Source: Candidatus Hydrogenedentota bacterium
Lineage (GTDB): Bacteria; Hydrogenedentota; Hydrogenedentia; Hydrogenedentales; SLHB01
Direction of reading: 5' to 3'
Assembly: GCA_045863335.1 (NCBI GenBank)
Contig: BTVY01000030.1
Coordinates: 1-64,000 of the forward strand
Length of the DNA stretch: 64,000 nucleotides
Below, piece by piece: positions 9,681 through 18,362 of this stretch. Under the pieces are notes generated by a model, which was not told where the DNA came from, searched no databases, and saw only the letters and a list, made by a program, of their open reading frames with translations. The position numbers and the translations under genes are program-made. Numbering within the stretch: the first letter of the stretch is position 1; each line of letters opens with the position of its first letter.

Positions 9681-9800
9681 GCAGGCTGGAGGCTTGCACC
9701 ACAATCCGGGGTAAGCGAGTCGATCAAGTCTGGACTGACTTTTGAACGACGCGCTAGTGCTCGGCCACTTGGGCTTTGCAGGCGGGGACGCCTGCGCTAC
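9681..9800 (-). repeat. two GTAG/GTGG-type REP-like hairpins
   Basis: minus strand reads GTAGCGCAGGCGTCCCCGCCTGC (9778-9800) and GTGGTGCAAGCCTCCAGCCTGC (9681-9702). Confidence 0.6.
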
Positions 9801-9811
9801 ATGCGCTGGGA

Positions 9812-10927
9812 TTAGATCCGTAGGGCACGGGGGAAGCCGTTGCCGTCGCTGGAACGGGGGGCGTGGTCTTCCCAGACGCCGGGGATGGCGGCGCCGCAGT
9901 CGGGGCAGTTGCCGGAAACCATGCGGTTTTCGACGACATAGAATCCGCGTCGGCGGATGAGGGTGGCGTCGCAGTTGGGGCAGAAGGTGTTTTCGCGGTC
10001 GCCGACCATGCCGGGGAGGTTGCCGGGGTAGACGAAATGGAGGCCGACGTCTTTCCCGGCGTAGTAGGCGCGGTCCAGGTTTTTGGTGGTGGTGCGGGGC
10101 GGTTCGGTCATTTTGTAGTCGGGGTGGAACGCGGTCACGTGCCAGGGGATCTCGGGCGAAACGCCCGCGATGAACTTGGCCATCTCGCGGAGTTCGTTTT
10201 CGTCGTCGTTAAACCCGGGCACGATGAGCGTAACGATCTCGACCCAGAAGCCCATGGCTTTCAGGCGTTCGATGGTGTCGAGCACGTTCTGCAAGACGCC
10301 GCCGAGTTTGCGGTAGGCCTTGTCATTAAAGCTTTTCAAATCCACTTTGTAGAGGTCGACGTGGGGCCGGATGTATTCGAGCACTTCGGGGGTGCCGTTG
10401 CCATTGCTAACGTAGCCACAGGTGAGGCCCTTGGCGCGGGCCTTCTCGAAGATCTGCACGGCCCAATCGGAAGTGATCAGGGGCTCGTTATAGGTACTGA
10501 CGACGACGGGCGCGCCCTGGCGCTGCGCGTGTTCGATCAACTCATCCGCAGTACACCTGTGCGTGAGGGCGACGGCGTTCTTGTCGCGCAATGCCTGGCT
10601 CGTGACCCAGTTCTGGCAGTAGCCGCAGTGGAAGTCGCAGCCGAGCATGCCGAAGGACAGCGCGTCGCGGCCGGGGAAGGCGTGGAAGAAGGGCTTCTTT
10701 TCGATGGGGTCGACCTGGAGTCCGCCGACGTAGCCCCCGGGGACGCGGAGTTCGCCGCCCTTGTTGTAGCGCACGCGGCAGATGCCGGCTTTGCCTTCAC
10801 GGATGTAGCAGCGGTGGCCGCAGGCGACGCAGCGTACGGCGTCGCCTTCTTCATGGAGCACCAGTTCGGGCGCGGAGGGCATGGTGGATTCGTAGAGGAG
10901 ATCTTCGAGGCTCGATTCTGTTGGCAT
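9812..10927 (-). CDS. amrS: AmmeMemoRadiSam system radical SAM enzyme
   Basis: C..C.H.C.I..G..G.C.VR, DPIEKKP, GCDFHCGYCQNW, TYNEP, HPDY, YPGN, C-terminal CPNC/CPDCG. Confidence 0.93.
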   Translation of the reverse strand: MPTESSLEDLLYESTMPSAPELVLHEEGDAVRCVACGHRCYIREGKAGICRVRYNKGGELRVPGGYVGGLQVDPIEKKPFFHAFPGRDALSFGMLGCDFHCGYCQNWVTSQALRDKNAVALTHRCTADELIEHAQRQGAPVVVSTYNEPLITSDWAVQIFEKARAKGLTCGYVSNGNGTPEVLEYIRPHVDLYKVDLKSFNDKAYRKLGGVLQNVLDTIERLKAMGFWVEIVTLIVPGFNDDENELREMAKFIAGVSPEIPWHVTAFHPDYKMTEPPRTTTKNLDRAYYAGKDVGLHFVYPGNLPGMVGDRENTFCPNCDATLIRRRGFYVVENRMVSGNCPDCGAAIPGVWEDHAPRSSDGNGFPRALRI

Positions 10928-10952
10928 TGCCCAGCCTCCTCGCGCCAACGTG

Positions 10953-10998
10953 GAAGAACATCCCCCGCCCATCGGGCACCCCCTTCAAAGGAGGAATT
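10953..10998 (+). repeat. GAACATCCCCC...CCCCCTT.AAGGGGG REP-like repeat (divergent copy)
   Basis: gaagaacatcccccgcccatcgggcacccccttcaaaggaggaatt resembles six other copies in the window. Confidence 0.7.
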
Positions 10999-11039
10999 GG
11001 CAGCATCGCTGTCGCGATGCTTTTAGGAGGGCGTGGCGA

Positions 11040-11387
11040 CTAGCTTGGGTCGCCTTCGCCGGGAGATTTATCGAGTTGGTCGCGTTTGTTTTCGATATTC
11101 CGGTACTCGTTGGCCGTGGGCAGCGGATCCTTTTTTGTACTTATCACGGGCCACTGCCGGGCCAGTTGTTTGTTGAGCAAGGTGTACTCGCGCCATTTCT
11201 CTGGAACCTCACGCTCGGAGTAAATGGCCTCGACCGGGCACGGGTCCACGCAGGCGCCGCAGTCGATGCATTCGTCGGGGTCGATGACGACGCAATTAAT
11301 GCCTTCGTGAAAACACATGACCGGGCAAATCTCGACGCAGTCGAGGTATTTGCACTTGATGCACGGTTCGGTGACGACGAAGGTCAT
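11040..11387 (-). CDS. fdxA: 7Fe ferredoxin (FdxA type, DUF3470 tail)
   Basis: MTFVVTEPCIKCKY.DCVE.CPV.CF.EG...IDPDECIDCGAC...CPV.AI, WP.I..KK. Confidence 0.92.
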   Translation of the reverse strand: MTFVVTEPCIKCKYLDCVEICPVMCFHEGINCVVIDPDECIDCGACVDPCPVEAIYSEREVPEKWREYTLLNKQLARQWPVISTKKDPLPTANEYRNIENKRDQLDKSPGEGDPS

Positions 11388-11455
11388 CGACTATGGCTCC
11401 TTCTATTAGTTTAACACGGGGAACGACGTGGGCATTCGGGGAAGTTTTGCGGGAA

Positions 11456-11537
11456 ACACGGACCTACACGGACCTACACGGACAGCAGGATACACCGTTT
11501 TATCGCAGGGCAGACGCATGGTCCGTGCCAGTCGGTG
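11456..11537. repeat. inverted pair of 10-bp tandem arrays
   Basis: (ACACGGACCT)2 ACACGGAC at 11456-11483 and complementary GTCCGTGCCA GTCGGTG at 11521-11537. Confidence 0.6.
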
Positions 11538-11542
11538 CTCCT

Positions 11543-11848
11543 CTACTCCGGCAGTTCCACCTTTACGTCGTTTCCTTCGACCACGACTTTGTACCGGCAG
11601 ACGCCGTCCTTCGGGTCTTCGTCGCAGTATTGGACGTCGAAACTCCAGCCGTGCCAGGGGCAGGTCACTTCGGTGCCTTCAAGCCAGCCGTCGGAGAGGG
11701 GGCCTCCGGCGTGGGGACAGGCGTCGCTGATGGCGTGGAAGGTACCGCCCACGTTGAAGACGGCGATGCGGTGCTTTCCGTGGGTGATAGCCTTGCCTTC
11801 GCCGTCAGGAATCTCGTTTGTTTCTGCTACTTTCACTACTTCACTCAT
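11543..11848 (-). CDS. Rieske 2Fe-2S ferredoxin
   Basis: CPHAGGPL and CPWHGW.FD motifs; ATG at 11848. Confidence 0.92.
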   Translation of the reverse strand: MSEVVKVAETNEIPDGEGKAITHGKHRIAVFNVGGTFHAISDACPHAGGPLSDGWLEGTEVTCPWHGWSFDVQYCDEDPKDGVCRYKVVVEGNDVKVELPE

Positions 11849-12054
11849 GAATATATCGCGCTCCATCAAATTGAACCGGGTTGGCGACAAAGTCTAGCGT
11901 TACTGGTGAGATCGATCAAGAATCTCGCACAAATCGTTGGGCTGGAAACAAATGGCGGTCCTGTGTTGTTATACACGGCGTCAACCCTCAGCGGCGGGAA
12001 ACCGTCCAGTGTGAACTGTATCCAATCGTGCAACCCAGGAAGGAGGCCTAACTC

Positions 12055-12663
12055 ATGGCTTACACATTACCCCCCCTCCCGTATGACCTTGGCGCGCTGG
12101 AGCCGCATATCGATGCGCGGACCATGGAAATTCACCATGGCAAACACCACCAGGCGTACATCAACAACGTGAATGCCGCGTTGGACGGGACGGATTTCGA
12201 GGGGAAACCCGTTGAGGATATCCTGAAGAACATCAAGAGCGTTCCCGACGACAAACGGCAGGCGGTCATCAACAACGGCGGCGGCCATGCGAATCATACG
12301 TTGTTCTGGCAGATCATGGGTCCGAACGCAGGCGGCGAACCGGCGGGGCCGGTCGGCGACGCGATCAAGTCTGAGTTGGGCGGTTTCGACAAGTTCAAGG
12401 AGGACTTCTCGAAAGCCGGCGCGACGCGCTTCGGCAGCGGCTGGGCCTGGCTCTGCGTGGATAAGGGCAAGCTCAAGGTCTTGAGCACGGCCAACCAAGA
12501 CTCGCCGATCATGGATGGGTTAACGCCGATCCTGGGCATGGACGTGTGGGAACACGCGTATTACTTGAACTATCAGAACCGCCGCCCCGACTACATTGCG
12601 GCCTTCTTCAATGTAATCAACTGGGAGAAGGTCGGCGAACTGTACGTCGCCGCGACGAAGTAG
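12055..12663 (+). CDS. sodA: superoxide dismutase (Mn-type signature)
   Basis: LPPLPY...[40 protein letters not shown]; AGGAGG RBS. Confidence 0.96.
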   Translation: MAYTLPPLPYDLGALEPHIDARTMEIHHGKHHQAYINNVNAALDGTDFEGKPVEDILKNIKSVPDDKRQAVINNGGGHANHTLFWQIMGPNAGGEPAGPVGDAIKSELGGFDKFKEDFSKAGATRFGSGWAWLCVDKGKLKVLSTANQDSPIMDGLTPILGMDVWEHAYYLNYQNRRPDYIAAFFNVINWEKVGELYVAATK

Positions 12664-12689
12664 TTGGGATTCCGTACTCATAGCGGTTG

Positions 12690-12723
12690 GGGCGTGGGTT
12701 CCGTTCTCGCGTGGCCCACGCCC
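12690..12723 (+). terminator. GC-rich hairpin after sodA
   Basis: GGGCGTGGG...CCCACGCCC stem; no U tract. Confidence 0.4.
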
Positions 12724-12769
12724 TGAGAAGGTCTAGAATTCGCCTTGCGAGATCAGGCATTAAGCGAAC

Positions 12770-13834
12770 TTATTCCGCTGGATCAGAACTTTGCGGCAAG
12801 CCGTTGTCCCCGATCCTCTGAGTTACGTAACCTCTGACCGTAATCGGAATTGTGACAGTCTCTCCGTCAACTGTACAACTCGCGTGGCACTTCGTGGATA
12901 CGAGACCGATGCCGATGTCTTGGCTGGTGGCCGTAATCTGAACAGTACAATTCGCCTCAGAAGTATTAATGATACTCGCGCCCACTCCCTCGAGGTCACA
13001 AGTGAGCCCATTTACGGTCAACTCCTTCCCATTCGTTGAGTATAGCCGCACATGCTTATCTACTACATCTCCCATCATGACATATCCCATCGAAATACTG
13101 TCACGCTCAAACGCGACCGGGGACATGACAATACCGCCTACGCCGATTTGAAAAGCGTTGATTTCAGAACTCGTTGTACGGAACACTAACTGACTATCGA
13201 TTGCTCCAGGAGCAACGTCGTCTCTCAAATCTAGGATGACGTGTTTGCGATGTGGTTCACCATCGATATCGCGAATTCGAATTTTGAAATACTCCGGATC
13301 TTGACTAATTCCAAAAACCCGCAATTCATCGGTGTCTGTGGATTCAATTACGAATTCTCCCGCCTCAGTCATTCCTCGTGATGCCTGACCAACGTTGACG
13401 CGCCTTGGCATTACTGGTCGAATTTGCCCTACTAAGCTAATTTCAATTGGGTTGTCAGAGTCGTTTACGGTAAAAAGTACGCGAGACTTGATTGAAGGAT
13501 TCGCGGCATTAACTGTAATAGCGATCGGGATACTGGCAACTTCAAACGGACCTAACTCAAGCATATTCACACCCGGAAGTGTACATCCACAGGACGACCG
13601 CGGATCCTTCAATTGAAGCCTCTTCGGCCCCCAGTTTCGAAAACGCGCCGTGTAGACAAATTGGTCACCCTTTGCGTATACCGTTCCCAAATCTATGCCT
13701 TGGTGCCGGTTGGCCCAGTCCATGGCCTTCATCGTCAGACCACCGAAGACTGCGGCCGCAAGAATCAGAAATGTATACAAGAAGCTCCTTCCTACGCCTT
13801 TCATTGTACACCCCGCAAATTGACTCAATGTCAT
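12770..13834 (-). CDS. DUF1573-domain multi-Ig-like membrane-anchored protein
   Basis: N-terminal TM, F.N.G..L.L....SSCGCT DUF1573 signature, followed by two further Ig-like repeats; AT-richer than flanks. Confidence 0.82.
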   Translation of the reverse strand: MTLSQFAGCTMKGVGRSFLYTFLILAAAVFGGLTMKAMDWANRHQGIDLGTVYAKGDQFVYTARFRNWGPKRLQLKDPRSSCGCTLPGVNMLELGPFEVASIPIAITVNAANPSIKSRVLFTVNDSDNPIEISLVGQIRPVMPRRVNVGQASRGMTEAGEFVIESTDTDELRVFGISQDPEYFKIRIRDIDGEPHRKHVILDLRDDVAPGAIDSQLVFRTTSSEINAFQIGVGGIVMSPVAFERDSISMGYVMMGDVVDKHVRLYSTNGKELTVNGLTCDLEGVGASIINTSEANCTVQITATSQDIGIGLVSTKCHASCTVDGETVTIPITVRGYVTQRIGDNGLPQSSDPAE

Positions 13835-13868
13835 CCAATAACTCTCGCACGCTCAATGAATCCGAAAC

Positions 13869-14300
13869 CTAAGGACAAGAGCTACCGCTGAACACGGGCC
13901 TCGTGTAGTAGAATGTAGATGTTGTCGCGTTCGGCACGCATTTGTTAGTATCGTCCCCACACGGCAACCAACTATTCTCTTTGCATCCAGTGTATCGCCG
14001 ACAGACGTCTTGTTCACCACTGTAATCGCACTGCTCAAACCCGGCTCCAGCGGGTATCCCACCAGGAGGACTGGAATCACAGATGAATTTGTTATGTAAC
14101 TCTATCACCTGTTTCCCATATCGAATACATATGTGATGCCCTTCGCAATCCTCGTCGGAGCAGTATTCCCATTGACTGCATTGTGTTGAACCGAGATCGA
14201 AACATGCAATCACATATCCCCCAAAGAAAAACGAAGCAACAATCGCCATGGAAGCCATCATGATCTGCAAGAACAAAACGCCTACCGTATTTCGATTCAT
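13869..14300 (-). CDS. secreted cysteine-rich protein (12 Cys)
   Basis: AGGAG RBS, hydrophobic signal-like N-terminus, 12 Cys in the roughly 111-aa remainder, ends SCP. Confidence 0.8.
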   Translation of the reverse strand: MNRNTVGVLFLQIMMASMAIVASFFFGGYVIACFDLGSTQCSQWEYCSDEDCEGHHICIRYGKQVIELHNKFICDSSPPGGIPAGAGFEQCDYSGEQDVCRRYTGCKENSWLPCGDDTNKCVPNATTSTFYYTRPVFSGSSCP

Positions 14301-14373
14301 CGTCCTGTCTCCTAAGATCTAATCGCGACAACAGAATCGCCTGATTCAGCTTCAACTTTCCCCACAAATGTAC

Positions 14374-15447
14374 CTAATTGGCTAGGCTCAGGGTGAACAC
14401 CAATTCGTTCAAATCCCGAATCTCGCGCAATTCCCCGTTCAAGTATTCAAGATCATGCGGTGGGTTCTGCGATTCGCTTGGAAAGACACGGCGAACTAAC
14501 GCGCGTTCGGGAAGTTCGACCCGGTCCAACCATTCGGAATCGTCCCCATCCGATAACGTCCCTGCCATGCTTACTTCTGAAAGCGTCCATGTCCGCCGCT
14601 CTCTAAGCTCACCATCCTCGCTGAGCACGGAGTGGACAAGACTTTGCGGAAACCAAATCCCTTGAACATTCTGATACGACTTAGTCCACGACTCCCGCGC
14701 GGTACCGTTGTCATTGAATCCAGCTTCGGCTTTGACGGTGCGATAGCCTTTAGAAGGGTCTAGCGTTATCCGCATGTAGATCTTCCCGTTCAAGAGTCCC
14801 GTGACATGGACAGCGCCACCGACAATATCCGCGTCGTCCACTATCCATTGAAGCTTGCCGGCAGCGGGAGTTCCGGCGAGACTTCTCTCCAATTGACTAC
14901 GGTACTCCTCAAGGGTACCCTCATGAACTCCGCCTCCAAAAGCAATATCAGACGGAGAGGGAGGAACATGAATCTGGAGATGCCGCTCAAGTTTTTCAGT
15001 GACGCCATACTGCTCCCAATCGTCGGGGTAGTAGATTTGAAGCTGCGGCATTGTCAAGTCCGCCCAAACCAATGCGTAATCAGTCAAAACTAAAGCTCTT
15101 CCGGTCGCGACAGAGGGTATCGGAAAGACGTTTGAAATCTCGTCGCCGCTCGAAGACTGTGCATCCTCAAAGGCGATGCGAGTCACTGAACTATACCATT
15201 CATACTGACAGAACACGTTTCTTGACGCTCGTTCTACATTGAATACTTGTCGCGATTTCTCCGTGCTCGATTCGCCGAAGAGTTGGCCTTCGATCGTGAG
15301 CGTAAAATTCGAACTGTCCATGAGTTCCGCTTCAGCGGCCTGAACTCCGAATATCGTGTCGAGGGATACTTCAGGCACTGCAGGCACGACAGCAAGCATA
15401 CATAGAACGCTAAACAATGCCGACCCATCATAAGCCAAATTTCGCAT
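14374..15447 (-). CDS. exported hypothetical protein with LolA-like / lipoprotein-sorting-type C-terminal domain
   Basis: start MRNLAY at 15447 with GGAGGGAAGAGG RBS; signal-like N-terminus; LDPSKGY...YQNVQGIWFP pattern. Confidence 0.7.
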   Translation of the reverse strand: MRNLAYDGSALFSVLCMLAVVPAVPEVSLDTIFGVQAAEAELMDSSNFTLTIEGQLFGESSTEKSRQVFNVERASRNVFCQYEWYSSVTRIAFEDAQSSSGDEISNVFPIPSVATGRALVLTDYALVWADLTMPQLQIYYPDDWEQYGVTEKLERHLQIHVPPSPSDIAFGGGVHEGTLEEYRSQLERSLAGTPAAGKLQWIVDDADIVGGAVHVTGLLNGKIYMRITLDPSKGYRTVKAEAGFNDNGTARESWTKSYQNVQGIWFPQSLVHSVLSEDGELRERRTWTLSEVSMAGTLSDGDDSEWLDRVELPERALVRRVFPSESQNPPHDLEYLNGELREIRDLNELVFTLSLAN

Positions 15448-15490
15448 ACCTCTTCCCTCCATTTGGTCAAACTTTCTCTGTACCAGATTA

Positions 15491-15519
15491 ATCTTATCAT
15501 GGATTGCACTGCAAAGCAA
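15491..15519 (-). promoter_or_regulatory. sigma70-type promoter of the low-GC cassette
   Basis: TTGCTT-N17-TAAGAT with extended TGn; the -35 lies inside the 10-bp direct repeat AAGCAATAGT (15514-15523, 15530-15539). Confidence 0.6.
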
Positions 15520-15590
15520 TAGTCTTGACAAGCAATAGTTTCCTACATCCCATAAGTCGATTTCACCCAAACAGCTAGAGCGCCACCCAA

Positions 15591-16733
15591 CTAAGAATGG
15601 CGGCGCAGAATCGCTTCGGCGAATTCGCCGGCTTTGGTGACGGTACCGTAGTCGATGTCGCCGGGGCGGTCGTCTTCTTCGGTTTCGCGGAGGTCGCGGC
15701 CGCCGGTGGCGGTGATGGAGAGGGCGTTCATGCCGCGCGCGAGGGGCAGGAATGCATCGGTGGGGAGCCCGCGCCAGGCGAGAGGTTCGGCGCCGCAGGC
15801 GGAGGCTTCGCCTCTTGCGGCGGACACCATTTCCTGCGGGCTGCGGAAAAGGTGGAGCATGCCTTCGGCGGTCACGTAGCGGAGGTCGCCGGCGCCGACG
15901 CGATCGACGTTCAGGAAGTAGGTGGTTTCCTTGTCGAGGGTGTGGGTGTTCATGAATTGCCGGATACCGCTGAGCCAGGTCTCCTTGCTGCCGGTGGCGA
16001 CGAACCAGACATCGGCGTTGGGGATGGGATCTTCGGTGAGGCGCTCGGCGAGTCCGAGTAGCACCGCGACACCGGAGGCGTTGTCGGCCGCGCCTCGCAC
16101 GAACTCGCCGGAGAGGTCGCACACGACAAGGGCAGCCGCTCCGCATAGCAGCATGGTTACCGCGACCCACTGGACCACGAGGTCAGGACGGATGTGGGAG
16201 TCGGCGAACATACCGAGTCCTTGAATGACACAACAGACAAGAACAGCCAGCATGGAGACTACGAGGAGAACATGAATGACGCGGAGCCAGGGCTGGGCGG
16301 CCGCGGAGGTGACGGCGCTGTATTTGGGCGAATCGTAGTGGGCTGTCACGATGAAGAGGCGCTCGGGGCGTTGTCCGAGCACGCGAGCGACGACGTTTTG
16401 CGTTTCGTAGTGCGGCAAGAGCCGGCCGAGGAGGTGGTAGCCGGAGAACTCGGCCATGTAGAGGAGAAAGACGAGGGCGCCGTAGGCGAACGCGAACCAG
16501 GCCCACCAGAACGAGAGCACGGCGATGATGAGGAACTCGCCGTAATAGGAAGCGAAGAGCAGCCACGGGCTCTCGATGGCGTAGAAGTCGTCGATCTCCG
16601 TGTCGGGCGTGTAGCGGGAGAGCCGTTCGTGCAAATACTCGGCGGCGGCGCGTTCGCTCTTGGTACTGGCGCCGCGGTGAGTGAGGTTTCCGGCGAGGTA
16701 CTCGATGTCCCGCCGCATCTGGGCCATGTTCAT
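15591..16733 (-). CDS. M28-family metallopeptidase, membrane-embedded
   Basis: TAHYDS, GAADNASG.A, TGSKE (usually EE), NVD motifs with TM insertions. Confidence 0.85.
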   Translation of the reverse strand: MNMAQMRRDIEYLAGNLTHRGASTKSERAAAEYLHERLSRYTPDTEIDDFYAIESPWLLFASYYGEFLIIAVLSFWWAWFAFAYGALVFLLYMAEFSGYHLLGRLLPHYETQNVVARVLGQRPERLFIVTAHYDSPKYSAVTSAAAQPWLRVIHVLLVVSMLAVLVCCVIQGLGMFADSHIRPDLVVQWVAVTMLLCGAAALVVCDLSGEFVRGAADNASGVAVLLGLAERLTEDPIPNADVWFVATGSKETWLSGIRQFMNTHTLDKETTYFLNVDRVGAGDLRYVTAEGMLHLFRSPQEMVSAARGEASACGAEPLAWRGLPTDAFLPLARGMNALSITATGGRDLRETEEDDRPGDIDYGTVTKAGEFAEAILRRHS

Positions 16734-16734
16734 G

Positions 16735-17835
16735 TCAGATCTCGGTACACGGCAAGCCAAAGGCGTCGGCGACGCCTTGATGGGTGATCTTCCCCTGGTA
16801 AACATTGAGGCCGCGGTAAAGTGCGGCATCCTCGGCAATCGCCTTTTCGAGTCCTTTGTCGGCGAGGGCGAGTCCGTAGCCGAGGGTAACGTTGGTCAAG
16901 GCATAGGTGGCGGTTCGCGGGACCGCGCCGGGCATGTTGGTCACGCAATAGTGGACGACGCCGTGCTCGTGGTAGACGGGATCGTCGTGAGTCGTGGGCC
17001 GTGACGTGGCGCAACAGCCGCCCTGATCGATGGCGATATCGACGATGGCGGAACCGGGCCGCATGGCCTTGACCATGTCTTTCGTCACGAGGACCGGCGC
17101 GCGTGCGCCGGGGATCAGCACGGTGCCGATTACGAGGTCGGCGGACGCCACTTCATCGCCCACGGTGGCGCGGTTGGACATGAGGGTGGTGACGTGGCCG
17201 CCCATGATGTCGTGGACGTAGCGCAGGCGCGCGGGATCGATGTCGAGAATGGTGACGTGGGCGCCCATACCGACCGCGACGTGACAAGCGTTCTGTCCGG
17301 CGACACCGGCACCGATAATCACGACGTGGGCGGGTTTCACGCCAGACACGCCGCTGAGCAGAATTCCGCGGCCCTCGTTACGGGCCTCGAGGCAGTAGGC
17401 TCCTTTCTGAACCGCTAGCCGGCCGGCCACCTCGCTCATCGGGGTCAACAGGGGGAGCGTACCGTCGTCGCGCTGGATAGTTTCGTAGGCAACGGCGCTG
17501 ACGCCTTTTTCCATTAGGCTGCGAGTCAGGGTTTCGCTCGACGCGAGGTGGAAGTAGGTATATACAATCTGGCCTTCGCCCATGCGTTCAAGTTCATCGC
17601 CGAAAGGCTCTTTGACCTTGACGATCATCTCGGCGCGGCCCCAGACATTGGCAGCTTTCTGCGCGATCCGCGCACCGGCCTTGCGGTAGTCGGTATCGGA
17701 GATTCCGCTGCCTTCGCCGGCGCCGCGTTCGATGAGTACCTCGTGGCCGTGGGCAGCGAATGCTGCGACGCCCGAAGGCAACATGGCGACCCGGCGTTCG
17801 CCCGTCTTTATCTCTTTGGGTACGCCGACAATCAT
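16735..17835 (-). CDS. ald: alanine dehydrogenase
   Basis: MIVGVPKEIK..E.RVA, KVKEP, LPLL.PMSEVAGR, AIDQGGC, HYCV.NMPGAVP. Confidence 0.97.
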   Translation of the reverse strand: MIVGVPKEIKTGERRVAMLPSGVAAFAAHGHEVLIERGAGEGSGISDTDYRKAGARIAQKAANVWGRAEMIVKVKEPFGDELERMGEGQIVYTYFHLASSETLTRSLMEKGVSAVAYETIQRDDGTLPLLTPMSEVAGRLAVQKGAYCLEARNEGRGILLSGVSGVKPAHVVIIGAGVAGQNACHVAVGMGAHVTILDIDPARLRYVHDIMGGHVTTLMSNRATVGDEVASADLVIGTVLIPGARAPVLVTKDMVKAMRPGSAIVDIAIDQGGCCATSRPTTHDDPVYHEHGVVHYCVTNMPGAVPRTATYALTNVTLGYGLALADKGLEKAIAEDAALYRGLNVYQGKITHQGVADAFGLPCTEI

Positions 17836-18003
17836 ATCCGTACAACCTCAGATCGGTGGCCTCGCCCGGATCAGTATACTGCGGTAACCCCTAATATTAC
17901 AATACACTTACGACTTCCGCGGAAATTTTTGCTAACAAAGTTGCATTTAGGCTGTAGGATATAGTGCGTGAAGGTTCCAACCACAGGAAGAGGAGGCAAG
18001 GTC

Positions 18004-18156
18004 ATGAAGCATACGAAGCGCATTTCGAAGAAAACGCAGCCGATGTACGCCCAGTCAGATTCGGTGTGCGGGGAGTACACCCCGACGGGCAAGGTGAAGT
18101 GTGTAGACGCCGACAGCCCGAAGGCAGAGAAGATCGAGACCATTCCAGTTCCGTAA
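18004..18156 (+). CDS. 50-aa small protein MKHTKRISKKTQPMYAQ...; possible leader-core precursor
   Basis: strong RBS (AGGAAGAGGAGG) before ATG 18004; basic N-terminus ending PxxAQ; two Cys in the C-terminal part. Confidence 0.75.
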   Translation: MKHTKRISKKTQPMYAQSDSVCGEYTPTGKVKCVDADSPKAEKIETIPVP

Positions 18157-18252
18157 TGCACGTCATCTGTGTTGTCCCCACAAGCCGGAACAACGACGCG
18201 TACACCCGGCGTCGCTGGGGACAGGAAACGTTATGGAAAGGACTCCAGAAGC

Positions 18253-18342
18253 ATGGGCATTTACGATTTGCTGATCGGACTGCTCCGAATTCTGATTGGG
18301 CTGTTGCTGCCGGCCGTGCAGCGTATTCGCGAAGCCGCGTAG
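18253..18342 (+). CDS. 29-aa hydrophobic peptide MGIYDLLIGLLRILIGLLLPAVQRIREAA (pilin-helix-like)
   Basis: read directly from the sequence (below the ORF-track cut-off); GAAAGGA RBS; immediately followed by a terminator. Confidence 0.7.
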   Translation: MGIYDLLIGLLRILIGLLLPAVQRIREAA

Positions 18343-18362
18343 CGAACTGACGTTCGTTCAAG

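Noticed and set aside
15448-16170. N-terminal 241 aa of the 598-aa ORF in the track
   Set aside because: Arg-rich off-frame read of the M28 peptidase gene; the real start is 15447 with its own RBS and promoter
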